This document shows positions 52,272 through 61,263 of a stretch of DNA of 64,000 nt, one piece after another; positions within the stretch are counted from its first letter, which is position 1, and every line of letters begins with the position of its first letter. Origin of the DNA: a virus (taxonomy: Duplodnaviria; Caudoviricetes). The position numbers were made by a program, and so were the translations under genes. Location of the stretch: positions 743 to 64,742 of the IMG/VR virus record IMGVR_UViG_3300005611_000021; one strand, 5' to 3'. The notes beneath the pieces were generated by a model. That model was given only the letters and a program-made list of their open reading frames with translations. It was not told the DNA's origin and searched no databases.

Positions 52272-54281
52272 ATGTCAACACTACCACCAATCCCGAAAGC
52301 TGTTCGCCTCTATATTGAGGGCGGGGCGTCTGAAGGAAAAAGAAATGAAACCCTATTCCATGCGGTATGCCAATGCCGGGATGCCGGATGGCCTGATGCC
52401 ACCATCTATGATATTCTTGGCCGTCGTGGAATGCTGGATGGCCTCACAGAGGATGAAGCTCAGAAGACAATCGGTTCCGCGTTGAGTCGATCAGCAAGAC
52501 CGCCTGCCGTCCCGCCGAATGGAGCCAAAGCAAAGGAACTCCCGAAGATGAAATCCGCTCCCAAGCCAAAAGTCATTGAAGCGGATCATAGTGGAAACGT
52601 CATGAAGGCTGTCAGATACATTCTGGATGAGTCTGAAGATCTCCCGAAGCCAATGGAGAATCCAACTGAAACCATCTTTCGGCATCTTTTCAAGCTGAGT
52701 GAGCGGGTCCAAGTCGTAGTTGCCAAGATTGGTGAAGACGGCAAAGAGAAGCCTGTTGGCAGCCATCCTATTCTCAATGTGGAAACATGGCTTGAGAAGA
52801 TCGAAGAGAAGGGAGGCATTTCTGAACTATTTTCCACGCACAATGAAGAGGGGAAAGTGAATGAGGGATTATATTTCTCGATCAACCCGATTCAGGATGC
52901 CATGGGGGGCCGTAAAGCGAAGAACATGGCAAGGATGGATTACGCTCTGATTGAGTTTGATACCATCTCCCTGAAGCAGCAATGGCAGCTTATTAAGCAA
53001 TCCAAGATACCTTGTGCGGCCGTCACCTACTCCGGGGGCAAATCCATTCATGCGATCGTTCGAGTCAATGCTCGTTCCGATGAGGAATACAAATGGCGAA
53101 TCCGCGCCCTGATGGATCACTTCTCTGAGTATGATGTTGATACCGCCAACAAAGATCCTTCCCGTCTTTCCCGCCTTCCTGGTGTGACCCGTGGAGATAC
53201 AGGCAAGGAGCAAACTCTCCTCGCCCTTGATCTGGGCTATCCCAACTGGCAGGAGTGGGAAGACTCACAAGTTGATGCCTTCCCGGATATCGTTGCTTGT
53301 GATACATTCTATGAGGAAGACATCCCTATGCCTCATCCTATCATTGATGGTCTCCTCAATCGCCAGATGTCATTTTCGCTTGGCGGTGCATCCAAGACCT
53401 TCAAATCCTGGACTCTCTTGGATATGGCCGTATCTGTTGCCAATGGGGTTCCCTTCTGGGGTCTCGAGACGCATCAGGGTAAAGTTCTTTATATCAATTT
53501 CGAGATCCAGAAATACTTCATGCGTGAAAGAGTGAAGAGGGTTGAGGCTGCCAAGGGTATCAACTTCCCAACAAAAGACTTGTATCTATGGAATCTACGT
53601 GGGGAAGCTCAGGCTCTCGAGGCCATCAAACCGAAGTTCATCAAGGCGATGGTAAACCGCAACTTCTCCATGGTTATTCTTGATCCGATATACAAAACTC
53701 TCGGTGATCGAGATGAGAATGCAGCGGGGGATATCAATAGCCTTATGAATGAGCTTGAGTCGATCGCTCTGGATACTGGGGCGGCCACGGTATTCGCAAC
53801 CCATTTCTCGAAGGGAAATCAGGCCACAAAGAAGTCGTTAGATAGAAACTCCGGGTCTGGAGTATTCTCAAGGGCGCCTGACACTATTATGACCCTTACT
53901 GAGCATCAAGATCCTGATTGCTTTACAGTGGAATCAACTGTCAGGAATCATGAAACTCCAAAATCATTTGTCGTGAAGATGGATTTCCCTTTATTCAAAA
54001 GGCGTGATGATAAGAATCCAAGCAAGCTTGCAGCCCCTACGACTGCCCGCCAAAAGGAAACAACGGATAATCTTAACACGATCGTACAGTTGTTAGATAT
54101 CAAGATTTGCAAACCCATGAAAGATGTGCTCTCCGAGGCTAAGGAGTGTGGAATTTCTGAGACCGTAGCCAAGAGAACTATCCAGAAGGGTGTGACAGAG
54201 AAGAGAATCATCAAGACAAAGGCTGAAACCGGGCGAGGTTTTGTACTACGCCGCAACCCTGTTCGTCAGATTGATAACTAA
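52272..54281 (+). CDS. Primase-helicase (PriCT + primase-like + RepA/AAA_25 helicase)
   Basis: GKRNETLF (PriCT); LIEFD, YSGGKSIH, RLSRLPG; Walker A GGASKTFKS; Walker B VILDP; THFSK. Confidence 0.9.
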   Translation: MSTLPPIPKAVRLYIEGGASEGKRNETLFHAVCQCRDAGWPDATIYDILGRRGMLDGLTEDEAQKTIGSALSRSARPPAVPPNGAKAKELPKMKSAPKPKVIEADHSGNVMKAVRYILDESEDLPKPMENPTETIFRHLFKLSERVQVVVAKIGEDGKEKPVGSHPILNVETWLEKIEEKGGISELFSTHNEEGKVNEGLYFSINPIQDAMGGRKAKNMARMDYALIEFDTISLKQQWQLIKQSKIPCAAVTYSGGKSIHAIVRVNARSDEEYKWRIRALMDHFSEYDVDTANKDPSRLSRLPGVTRGDTGKEQTLLALDLGYPNWQEWEDSQVDAFPDIVACDTFYEEDIPMPHPIIDGLLNRQMSFSLGGASKTFKSWTLLDMAVSVANGVPFWGLETHQGKVLYINFEIQKYFMRERVKRVEAAKGINFPTKDLYLWNLRGEAQALEAIKPKFIKAMVNRNFSMVILDPIYKTLGDRDENAAGDINSLMNELESIALDTGAATVFATHFSKGNQATKKSLDRNSGSGVFSRAPDTIMTLTEHQDPDCFTVESTVRNHETPKSFVVKMDFPLFKRRDDKNPSKLAAPTTARQKETTDNLNTIVQLLDIKICKPMKDVLSEAKECGISETVAKRTIQKGVTEKRIIKTKAETGRGFVLRRNPVRQIDN

Positions 54282-54400
54282 GCCTCTCTCACGCGCACGT
54301 TTTCCCAAAGGGAAAAATGGACTTTGGACTTTAGGAATGGAAAGGGGCATCACACCCCGTTTCCTATTTCCTGAAATGTGTATTGTGACATAAGGCATTT

Positions 54401-54457
54401 GGGAGACCTCTCGAAGGTAACGAATAGAACGCCCGGGAGGTCTCCCTCTCCTTTTTT
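54401..54457 (+). terminator. 10-bp stem, 26-nt loop, followed by T-tract
   Basis: gggagacctc...gaggtctccc then tctcctttttt, just before ATG 54458. Confidence 0.45.
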
Positions 54458-54838
54458 ATGATAATAGATTTAGAATACTGTCGAGCCAATGGCTCTGAGG
54501 AACCAAAGGAATATCCTTTTGATAAGACCTCTACACTAATCCCTGATGATATGATAGAATCATTCAAGGAATTTACATTGCCAATGAAGGAAGCGTTTAG
54601 TCACCAACCTTTAAGTTGGCACTCTGCATTTATTCACATGCTCAAATGGTTAATTTACAATGTGAGTCAAATTGCAGAATCAAATGGATGGACGGAGAGA
54701 GACATCTTTGAAAGGAAGCATCCCGTCTATCTTACTGTATATGGTGTATCTAATCACAGTATCACTGGGATACTGGAGATTGATGGCCAGCAATATAGTA
54801 AATACACCGCTCAACCGAAACCGAACCTTAACAAATAA
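54458..54838 (+). CDS. Hypothetical protein (visibly AT-rich)
   Basis: 126 aa ORF between helicase and methyltransferase. Confidence 0.55.
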   Translation: MIIDLEYCRANGSEEPKEYPFDKTSTLIPDDMIESFKEFTLPMKEAFSHQPLSWHSAFIHMLKWLIYNVSQIAESNGWTERDIFERKHPVYLTVYGVSNHSITGILEIDGQQYSKYTAQPKPNLNK

Positions 54839-54843
54839 ATTGA

Positions 54844-56295
54844 ATGTGGATACTACCAACCAAGAAATTACAGCAATTAGCTTATTCACCGGAGGAGGAT
54901 TCCTCGAAACGGGACTACGAAGAGTTATCCCAAACCTGCGCATCATCGCTTATGTGGAAATCGAAGCCTTTGCAGTCGAAAGGCTGGCTTCGCAGATTGA
55001 AGCTGGATACCTGGATGAGGCGCCTATTTTTACGGATGTTACCCAATTCCCGAGCAAAGAATTTCGTAACAAAGTACACCTCGTCATTGCCGGATATCCA
55101 TGCCAAGATTTTAGTTGTGCCGGAAACCGAAAGGGATTGGCGGGCTCAAGGGGAAAGATGTGGGGATTCACCCGGGCAGTCGTATCTGGAGTTCGAGCAC
55201 ACGCCTTCTTTGGGGAAAACGTCGACGGCCACGTCTCGCTTGGACTCGACACAGTTATCTCCGACCTGGGCGAAGATGGTTTCATGGCTAAGGCTGGAAT
55301 ATACTCGGCGGCAGAAGTCGGCGCTCCACACCGTCGAAACCGTGTATTCTCCCTCTCCTTTAGAACCGACCCAAGGGAATCCCCATGGACAGGATGCCTC
55401 AAAGGAAACCAAGGATGGCCAGATCTCGGGTTGGCCCACTCCCTGCACCTCGGATATGTACCAAGCAGCGAATCCAAATCGGGAGGATCATCGCCCTCAA
55501 CTCCGGGATGTGGAGAAGATGTGTTGGCCGACGCCGGACACAACGGAAGTGGGAAGGAATGTGGCGGATCTCCAGACGAAGGAAGGGGGGGTTCCTCAGA
55601 TCGGGGAAAGGGTTTACACAAAGGATGGGAAACACACCCAACTGACTCTGAACCTTGCAGTGGACATTCAGGAACGCCGGGAGAAGATGCCGGAGATGTG
55701 GCCAACGACCCGTGCATCGGATACGGAGCAGGCGAGTCCGGCAGAGATAGGGAAGAACACCTTCAGCATGACTCGAAACAGGAGCGGGGTCAGAGCGGGC
55801 GCCAGGGTGAGCGAGGCAGTGATGGCTATGCACGAGGCCACCATCAAGACATCCCCGTCCGATGGCCAAGCCGACCAGGACAGCCTCAACAGCACTGGGA
55901 ACCTCCAAGGGTCCTCCCAGTCATGGAATACCCCGCGAGTGATGGATGCCTCCCACCTGATGATGAATACGAAATACCAGGGGCATCAACCGGAGAATAC
56001 CCTATGCGGCCAAGCGTCGAATCAAAACAAGAGGGTGAGGTTGAATCCAGATTGGGTGGAGACCCTAATGGGGCTTCCCCCGGGATTCACGAGCATGATG
56101 ATCCCGAACTATCCGGAGATGGAGGAGATGATGATGATGATGATGATGAGGTGCGATACCCGATCATTGACGCAAGGTTCCTTGCCATCGCTCAGGGAGA
56201 TCGAGAACTCGCTAAATGGATGCAAGAAGGCATCACCCAAAAGCAATTCAGAGAACACCGACTCAGAATGCTTGGAAACGGAGTCGTCGGGTTGA
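54844..56295 (+). CDS. C5-methyltransferase beta polypeptide in overlapping frame (start uncertain)
   Basis: WPTP/WPTT/WNTP repeats and motif-IX-like RLNPDWVETLMGLPPGFT. Confidence 0.7.
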   Translation: MWILPTKKLQQLAYSPEEDSSKRDYEELSQTCASSLMWKSKPLQSKGWLRRLKLDTWMRRLFLRMLPNSRAKNFVTKYTSSLPDIHAKILVVPETERDWRAQGERCGDSPGQSYLEFEHTPSLGKTSTATSRLDSTQLSPTWAKMVSWLRLEYTRRQKSALHTVETVYSPSPLEPTQGNPHGQDASKETKDGQISGWPTPCTSDMYQAANPNREDHRPQLRDVEKMCWPTPDTTEVGRNVADLQTKEGGVPQIGERVYTKDGKHTQLTLNLAVDIQERREKMPEMWPTTRASDTEQASPAEIGKNTFSMTRNRSGVRAGARVSEAVMAMHEATIKTSPSDGQADQDSLNSTGNLQGSSQSWNTPRVMDASHLMMNTKYQGHQPENTLCGQASNQNKRVRLNPDWVETLMGLPPGFTSMMIPNYPEMEEMMMMMMMRCDTRSLTQGSLPSLREIENSLNGCKKASPKSNSENTDSECLETESSG

Positions 56296-56384
56296 CGGCC
56301 GCGAAAGCTTTTAGTGAACTCCTTGAATGGCACAGAGAGCATGTTGAAGACCTATATCGACTTGGCAAACTACGAAAAGCTTGA
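54846..56384 (+). CDS. C5-cytosine DNA methyltransferase, alpha polypeptide
   Basis: Probable GTG start; motif I LFTGGG, IV GYPCQ, VI ENV, VIII HRRNRVF, X RLRMLGNGVV; no motif IX in this frame. Confidence 0.85.
   Translation: MDTTNQEITAISLFTGGGFLETGLRRVIPNLRIIAYVEIEAFAVERLASQIEAGYLDEAPIFTDVTQFPSKEFRNKVHLVIAGYPCQDFSCAGNRKGLAGSRGKMWGFTRAVVSGVRAHAFFGENVDGHVSLGLDTVISDLGEDGFMAKAGIYSAAEVGAPHRRNRVFSLSFRTDPRESPWTGCLKGNQGWPDLGLAHSLHLGYVPSSESKSGGSSPSTPGCGEDVLADAGHNGSGKECGGSPDEGRGGSSDRGKGLHKGWETHPTDSEPCSGHSGTPGEDAGDVANDPCIGYGAGESGRDREEHLQHDSKQERGQSGRQGERGSDGYARGHHQDIPVRWPSRPGQPQQHWEPPRVLPVMEYPASDGCLPPDDEYEIPGASTGEYPMRPSVESKQEGEVESRLGGDPNGASPGIHEHDDPELSGDGGDDDDDDDEVRYPIIDARFLAIAQGDRELAKWMQEGITQKQFREHRLRMLGNGVVGLTAAKAFSELLEWHREHVEDLYRLGKLRKA
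56127..56147 (+). repeat. (GAT)7 microsatellite
   Basis: Reads poly-Asp in the alpha frame and poly-Met in the beta frame. Confidence 0.9.
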
Positions 56385-56562
56385 GCGGAAAATCAAGCAA
56401 CACAAGGGGCGAAAACCACTGATCCTTTTTGATGAGCAGGACAAGGTTCCCCAGTCGGAAGCCTTGGCTAAACACCTGACTCAACATATCGGGAAGGATG
56501 TAACTATCATTAGAGTCCCTGAAGGGGCCAAAATCATCTTAATAGCAAATGAGAAAGCCTGA
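56341..56562 (+). CDS. Hypothetical protein
   Basis: Probable start MLKTYIDL. Confidence 0.55.
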   Translation: MLKTYIDLANYEKLERKIKQHKGRKPLILFDEQDKVPQSEALAKHLTQHIGKDVTIIRVPEGAKIILIANEKA

Positions 56563-56827
56563 CATCACAAAGTTTACAACAAAACAAGGGAGAGAGATTT
56601 GGAAGATAACATTCAAGGCGAGGGCAAGGATTATGGGAAGGGTAACGACCTTTCCTGTTCATATTCGGCAGGGAATCTGGAAGGGTGATCCAGTAGATTT
56701 TTGCAGTTACACCACTCATGCAGGAAGTGAAGCCTGGGCTAAGATTTTAGCGAAAGCTTGGCAAGACTGGCTAAAAGGGGCGAGTAAATGTGGAATGTTG
56801 ACATACGACCTCTCGGAACATGAATAA
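56549..56827 (+). CDS. Hypothetical protein
   Basis: 92 aa basic ORF. Confidence 0.55.
   Translation: MRKPDITKFTTKQGREIWKITFKARARIMGRVTTFPVHIRQGIWKGDPVDFCSYTTHAGSEAWAKILAKAWQDWLKGASKCGMLTYDLSEHE
56797..56803 (+). promoter_or_regulatory. GTTGACA motif
   Basis: 23 nt before ATG 56820. Confidence 0.5.
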
Positions 56828-57674
56828 GACAAAAAAACGATGGGGTAAAAGGAAGCCTGATGGCAAAATGGCAAAGCCTCAACGCCCATGGTCTTCTCAG
56901 CAACGCCGCCGGAGTCTTATGGGATATTCAAACCAAGAGGAGCAGATTGAAATGAGTCAGGAAGATTTTCAACCTGGTGTTTATCATGGTCAAAGGGGGG
57001 TGCGAAATCTCCCTTTCTGGCGACATGAATACGTTGTTGTTGTACCTGCGCATAAACGTGGCCTTACAAAGGAAACCCGGAAGAAGATGCGGAAGATCGG
57101 GAATCGTGAGGGGGTTGTCCTCGGTGCCTACAATAAGAAGGGTAAACTTAAAGCCCAGGCAAACCAGCGCCATGATACTAAATCCGCTCGCAAATCCGCT
57201 CTCAGTGGGAAGAATATAAAACGGGTCTCAGATGTTCGATCAAACCGGGATCTCAATGAGGCAGTTCGCACTTCCAGGGGAATAAAGAAAGATTACCCGA
57301 AGCTGCATAAGAATATCATAGGCGCTGCGGATAACTCCAATACCTACGCCCGGTCACTCCTTAAAAAGATGGGGTATGACACAGATGTATTGAAAAAGAG
57401 TCGCCTTCGGAATCCTGGATCAACACGGGAAATGGATCTTTCCGCCCTTCGTGAGAGGCTAATTTCGTTTCAGGCCACCAGGCCGGCAATGCAACCTTCA
57501 AAAGTGAAGTATCCAGAGAAATATGTGGATGCTGTTTTTCCAGAAACGTCCTACAAGAAGCCAACCAAGAAACTCCGTCGGGGGTTTAATGGGAAGCTTG
57601 CTCTCGGTGGAGGCGCGGCCGCTCTTGGAGTTGCTGCTCTCCGTAAAAAGAAAAAGAAAATCCAATACCAATGA
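56820..57674 (+). CDS. Basic Gly-zipper protein (RLISF motif)
   Basis: ALRERLISFQ; LALGGGAAALGVAAL; K/R-rich. Confidence 0.7.
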   Translation: MNKTKKRWGKRKPDGKMAKPQRPWSSQQRRRSLMGYSNQEEQIEMSQEDFQPGVYHGQRGVRNLPFWRHEYVVVVPAHKRGLTKETRKKMRKIGNREGVVLGAYNKKGKLKAQANQRHDTKSARKSALSGKNIKRVSDVRSNRDLNEAVRTSRGIKKDYPKLHKNIIGAADNSNTYARSLLKKMGYDTDVLKKSRLRNPGSTREMDLSALRERLISFQATRPAMQPSKVKYPEKYVDAVFPETSYKKPTKKLRRGFNGKLALGGGAAALGVAALRKKKKKIQYQ

Positions 57675-58174
57675 GATTCACCATCATCCTTTTAGCGATC
57701 CCGTTATTCACATCCTGCCAACAACTCAAGAAGCTCTATCCGATCGTTGGAGCTGGAGGAGGCGCGGCCGTCGGTAGTCTTGGTGGACCAGGTACAGCGG
57801 CGGCAGGGGGTATGCTCGGGTATGCCGCGGGGAAAGAGATGGCCGAGCCATTCGTCCCTGAGTATTCTCTGATGACCGCCCCGGATCTCACCCGCATCTC
57901 TGCTGTTGAGAGTTTGACTCAGCCGGAAGTTACTAAACTCGTGGAAGCTCAACTTGCCCAACAGAAGGCTGAATTGGAGGCATCCCAGAAGTCCTGGGGT
58001 GATAAAGCCGTTGGTGAGGTCAAGGGTTTACTTCGTCTTAGCCTATGGATTGGAGGCATTGCATTCCTCCTCTTTGTTGTCATCATCCCTTTCCTTCACA
58101 AGCATGGCATCACCACTATCCGGGATAAACTCCATAAGGAATTTGAGGAACAGTGGGAAAAGTTAAAAAAATGA
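57671..58174 (+). CDS. Lipoprotein with Gly zipper and C-terminal TM (spanin-like candidate)
   Basis: Signal MRFTIILLAIPLFTS-C; TM LWIGGIAFLLFVVIIPFL. Confidence 0.55.
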   Translation: MRFTIILLAIPLFTSCQQLKKLYPIVGAGGGAAVGSLGGPGTAAAGGMLGYAAGKEMAEPFVPEYSLMTAPDLTRISAVESLTQPEVTKLVEAQLAQQKAELEASQKSWGDKAVGEVKGLLRLSLWIGGIAFLLFVVIIPFLHKHGITTIRDKLHKEFEEQWEKLKK

Positions 58175-58221
58175 TGTTATTTGTTTGACAAGTGCAATCA
58201 AGTGAAGAAACTTGGTTGCTT

Positions 58222-58401
58222 ATGAGTGAACCATTATCTGAACCAGTAGGCTTACGCCTTTCCAAGAAACTCAAAGATCGCATGGATATCTGTGCGAATG
58301 AGCTCGCAACACCTCCCTCTACCTACATCCGGGAAGCTATCCGTGAAAAGGTCATGAGAGATGAGGTTAAGATCGCAGAACACAAGAAGGCCACGAAATG
58401 A
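58222..58401 (+). CDS. Ribbon-helix-helix (CopG-like) protein
   Basis: PVGLRLSKKLKDRM...STYIREAIREKV. Confidence 0.7.
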   Translation: MSEPLSEPVGLRLSKKLKDRMDICANELATPPSTYIREAIREKVMRDEVKIAEHKKATK

Positions 58402-58766
58402 CTTTGCCCACGTTAGTAGCGGCGGGTCGGGGAATCCTCGTCTTGTCTCAAATTCATCAAAAGGCGTCTCTAAGCCTCGACCCGCTGCTTGTGTGTGTGG
58501 TTCTTTTTCTGTTGTTTGCGGCCATCAGCCAAGCGATCTGGGAATCTTGTAAGCCCCCTGCTCATCTTGAGATCTATTCCTATTCCGCTTACTACATGCA
58601 AGATGGGATCGATGGCCCAGGATTTTACTACACCATCCTCGATGAGGGTGTTCAACCTGTTGATGGGGGTGGTCCCTTCGGATCTGAAGAGGAAGCATCC
58701 ACGGTCGCAAAGATGGAATGCGACTCCTGGAATAAGCATGGGAGAGGAATTGACTATGGAAACTGA
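58398..58766 (+). CDS. Hypothetical protein with TM segment
   Basis: 122 aa; LLVCVVLFLLFAAI; GPFGSEEEA. Confidence 0.55.
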   Translation: MTLPTLVAAGRGILVLSQIHQKASLSLDPLLVCVVLFLLFAAISQAIWESCKPPAHLEIYSYSAYYMQDGIDGPGFYYTILDEGVQPVDGGGPFGSEEEASTVAKMECDSWNKHGRGIDYGN

Positions 58767-58932
58767 ACCGAAAAAGAAACCTCATCCCTTCTCTGCGTGG
58801 AGTGCGGCGATGAACAATCCTGAATTCATGAAGAAAGAACGTCTCCGGGCGATCTGGATCAAATACAACCGCAGTGTTGAGAAGGTGAAGCCTCTCGTCC
58901 GTGCGTTCCCAAGGAAACCCCGTAAAGCATGA
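58756..58932 (+). CDS. Small basic hypothetical protein
   Basis: Probable start METEPK; ATGA-coupled to next gene. Confidence 0.5.
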   Translation: METEPKKKPHPFSAWSAAMNNPEFMKKERLRAIWIKYNRSVEKVKPLVRAFPRKPRKA

Positions 58933-59111
58933 AGACCCCAAAAACAGATGCGTTTGAGGTAGTTCAGGGTCCTTTCGATAATGAACATTTTCCAAACTAC
59001 AAGGAGGCTCTTAGTCGGCTGCGTAGATATGAGAATGCTCTTTGGGAAATCCGGGAGTCAAATCGTGACACAAACGCTCGGCGTATCGCCCGGAAGGCTT
59101 TAGAATCATGA
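58929..59111 (+). CDS. Hypothetical protein
   Basis: MKTPKTDAF; ATGA-coupled. Confidence 0.6.
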   Translation: MKTPKTDAFEVVQGPFDNEHFPNYKEALSRLRRYENALWEIRESNRDTNARRIARKALES

Positions 59112-59299
59112 ATCATCCTAAGCAAATCTACCTCCAAGTCGGAGAGGGCAATGAGAAAGAGGACTTCCGGGAGTGTGATCTTGAGTGCGTCACATGGTCT
59201 AAAGAACCGACAGGGGCGGGAGACATCGGCCCTTATGTATTGTCTCCTGTATTGAATCCGAGTGAACTCGATCCTGATATTGATCCAACACTACCATGA
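59108..59299 (+). CDS. Hypothetical protein
   Basis: PKQIYLQ...VTWS motif; ATGA-coupled. Confidence 0.6.
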   Translation: MNHPKQIYLQVGEGNEKEDFRECDLECVTWSKEPTGAGDIGPYVLSPVLNPSELDPDIDPTLP

Positions 59300-59478
59300 G
59301 AATCAAGACACACACCCTTATTAAAGAGCTTCGCAAGTGTGCGGATGAGTATAGCAATCTCGGATCAAAGAGTACAAAATTGATTGAAAGCATGAATCTC
59401 TTCAGAGAGGCCGCTGATCGTCTCGAGGAATTTAACCAAACCAAAACCGAAAACCAAAATGGAAAAGAAAGAAACTAA
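59296..59478 (+). CDS. Hypothetical protein
   Basis: REAADRLEE motif; ATGA-coupled. Confidence 0.55.
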   Translation: MRIKTHTLIKELRKCADEYSNLGSKSTKLIESMNLFREAADRLEEFNQTKTENQNGKERN

Positions 59479-59914
59479 CACCGCATTCTCTGCGGATCAG
59501 GAAAACTACTCATGCTCAACACTCGCGGAAGCGGTCGAAGAGGCCGTTCAACAGCTTGGGTTGAGTAATGAAGAAATGCAAGCCGGTGAGTATATCGGCG
59601 AGGAAGTTGTCGTCAGTGAGGGCGAGAAGATTGAATGCAAGGCATCAAGTTTTGTCCTTCATATTAGTGATGACCTAAAGGAAGCCGCCTGCGATGAATG
59701 CGGGGAATATGCTGATTGTTGGGATTGGAGCAAAGAGGATGAAGCCAAACTCAATGAGGCTGTGAAGGCGGCTATTGATAAATGGGCAGATGAAACCAAT
59801 AACCAGCCGACTTTCTGGAACATCGGCCGGGTCCGTGATATCACTTGCAAGATCACAGGTCAGACGCAAGGCGACTTTGAAGTTGTCCGGAAAGATGAGT
59901 GGATAGGGCACTGA
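59459..59914 (+). CDS. Acidic hypothetical protein
   Basis: 151 aa; ACDECGEYADCW motif. Confidence 0.65.
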   Translation: MEKKETNTAFSADQENYSCSTLAEAVEEAVQQLGLSNEEMQAGEYIGEEVVVSEGEKIECKASSFVLHISDDLKEAACDECGEYADCWDWSKEDEAKLNEAVKAAIDKWADETNNQPTFWNIGRVRDITCKITGQTQGDFEVVRKDEWIGH

Positions 59915-60627
59915 TGTACGCGGTTATTCCAGCCAAGACGAATTCCACCCGGATTCCTAACAAGAACTTCAAAGAGTTTGATCCTCGCAATGGTGACTCA
60001 TTGACGGACATCCTCATCAAGAAGCTTCTCAAGGTATTCAAGCCGGGTGACATCTTCCTTTCCTCTGAGAATTATGATGTGATTGAGCCTTTCGGGGAAA
60101 AGTATGGCATCATACCGATATCCAGGGAAGAACGCTTCACGGACAATGACTGCCCTTTCAAGGCTTGGTTCAATGATACCTATCGGGATGTCTGTCGCCA
60201 GACTGCCCCCCGGAGCTTCTTCCCGACAATCATGTGGTGTCAGGTCACAGATCCGATATTCAACGACCATGCGGCCATGCTTAGGAAGTGGAATGAGATC
60301 AATGACTATGACTCCATGGTGGCCTTATACCCTTGTAAGGGGTATTTCTTGGATGATCGCTTCCGTCCGCAGGGTTGGGGCTTCGGTCCATGGCATGTGA
60401 AGTCGCAGAATCTCCCACAGATGTATGAGATGCCCTTCACTTGCTCCATACTTAACTCTACGGCCATGACGGAAGTCGGGTATCACATTGGAGCCACACC
60501 CCATTACATGCGTGTTGACAGTCCAAAGATTGATATCGACACACCCCATGACTGGGATTACGCTCAATATCTCTATCAGAAAGCATTCGATGAAGACGCC
60601 AATCCTATTGGTTATCTCCACAAATAA
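59914..60627 (+). CDS. Acylneuraminate/KDO cytidylyltransferase-family protein
   Basis: VIPAKTNSTRIPNKN; QVTDP; DIDTPHDW. Confidence 0.85.
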   Translation: MYAVIPAKTNSTRIPNKNFKEFDPRNGDSLTDILIKKLLKVFKPGDIFLSSENYDVIEPFGEKYGIIPISREERFTDNDCPFKAWFNDTYRDVCRQTAPRSFFPTIMWCQVTDPIFNDHAAMLRKWNEINDYDSMVALYPCKGYFLDDRFRPQGWGFGPWHVKSQNLPQMYEMPFTCSILNSTAMTEVGYHIGATPHYMRVDSPKIDIDTPHDWDYAQYLYQKAFDEDANPIGYLHK

Positions 60628-61240
60628 CGACACGGAGAGCCTTGAGAAGACCTTGGCTCACATCCGTAAGCACACGGAGCCTGGCACATATAGGATCTGT
60701 CTCGAGGATACGGGATCAACCCGGCGTGAGCATATCGACTACATCCACTCCATTGAGCGTGATGTGTCCTATGTCCATTTCAACATCAACCCAGTGTATG
60801 ATGTCGGGGGATACCTCCATGCGATAAAGACATTTGATTCGCCTGGTGGATTTTTCTTTATGCAGGACTCCCTTTATCCTGTCCGGGATGGATGGCTTGA
60901 TCGCGTCTCGAGTGTGGATGTCGGTGTGCCCTTTCGTCAGAGCATGTCAATCGAGTGGGGCAAGCATAAGGGCTTTTGTGAGGAACACATGGGGGGAACG
61001 CTCCCGGATGAACTCCCTAAGTATCTTATTCAGTATAACACCTTCTATGCGAGCCAAGGGGTGGCCAAGAACCTCGTTTTTAGCCTGGATGCACCCATTC
61101 CCTCTCACAAAGAGCATTCTCAAGGATATGAGAGGTTGCTGCCCTTCTACTTTCAATTCATGGGGATTACTCCTCATTTTATTGACTCAACCTATTTTAA
61201 GAAAATACATTGGTCGGAGCGTTCTCTCCGTCCACAATAA
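60590..61240 (+). CDS. GT2-like glycosyltransferase
   Basis: Probable start MKTPIL; EDTGST; YDVGGY; FFMQDS; YERL. Confidence 0.55.
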   Translation: MKTPILLVISTNNDTESLEKTLAHIRKHTEPGTYRICLEDTGSTRREHIDYIHSIERDVSYVHFNINPVYDVGGYLHAIKTFDSPGGFFFMQDSLYPVRDGWLDRVSSVDVGVPFRQSMSIEWGKHKGFCEEHMGGTLPDELPKYLIQYNTFYASQGVAKNLVFSLDAPIPSHKEHSQGYERLLPFYFQFMGITPHFIDSTYFKKIHWSERSLRPQ

Positions 61241-61263
61241 CCAAACCGAAACCGAAACCGAAA

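Noticed and set aside
54950-55717. 255-aa minus-strand ORF making the methyltransferase region triple-coding
   Set aside because: Low-complexity Pro/Ser sequence explained by codon constraints of the two sense frames.
60514-60520. GTTGACA inside the cytidylyltransferase gene as a late promoter
   Set aside because: No start codon at 20-23 nt; recorded as a counter-example to the motif.
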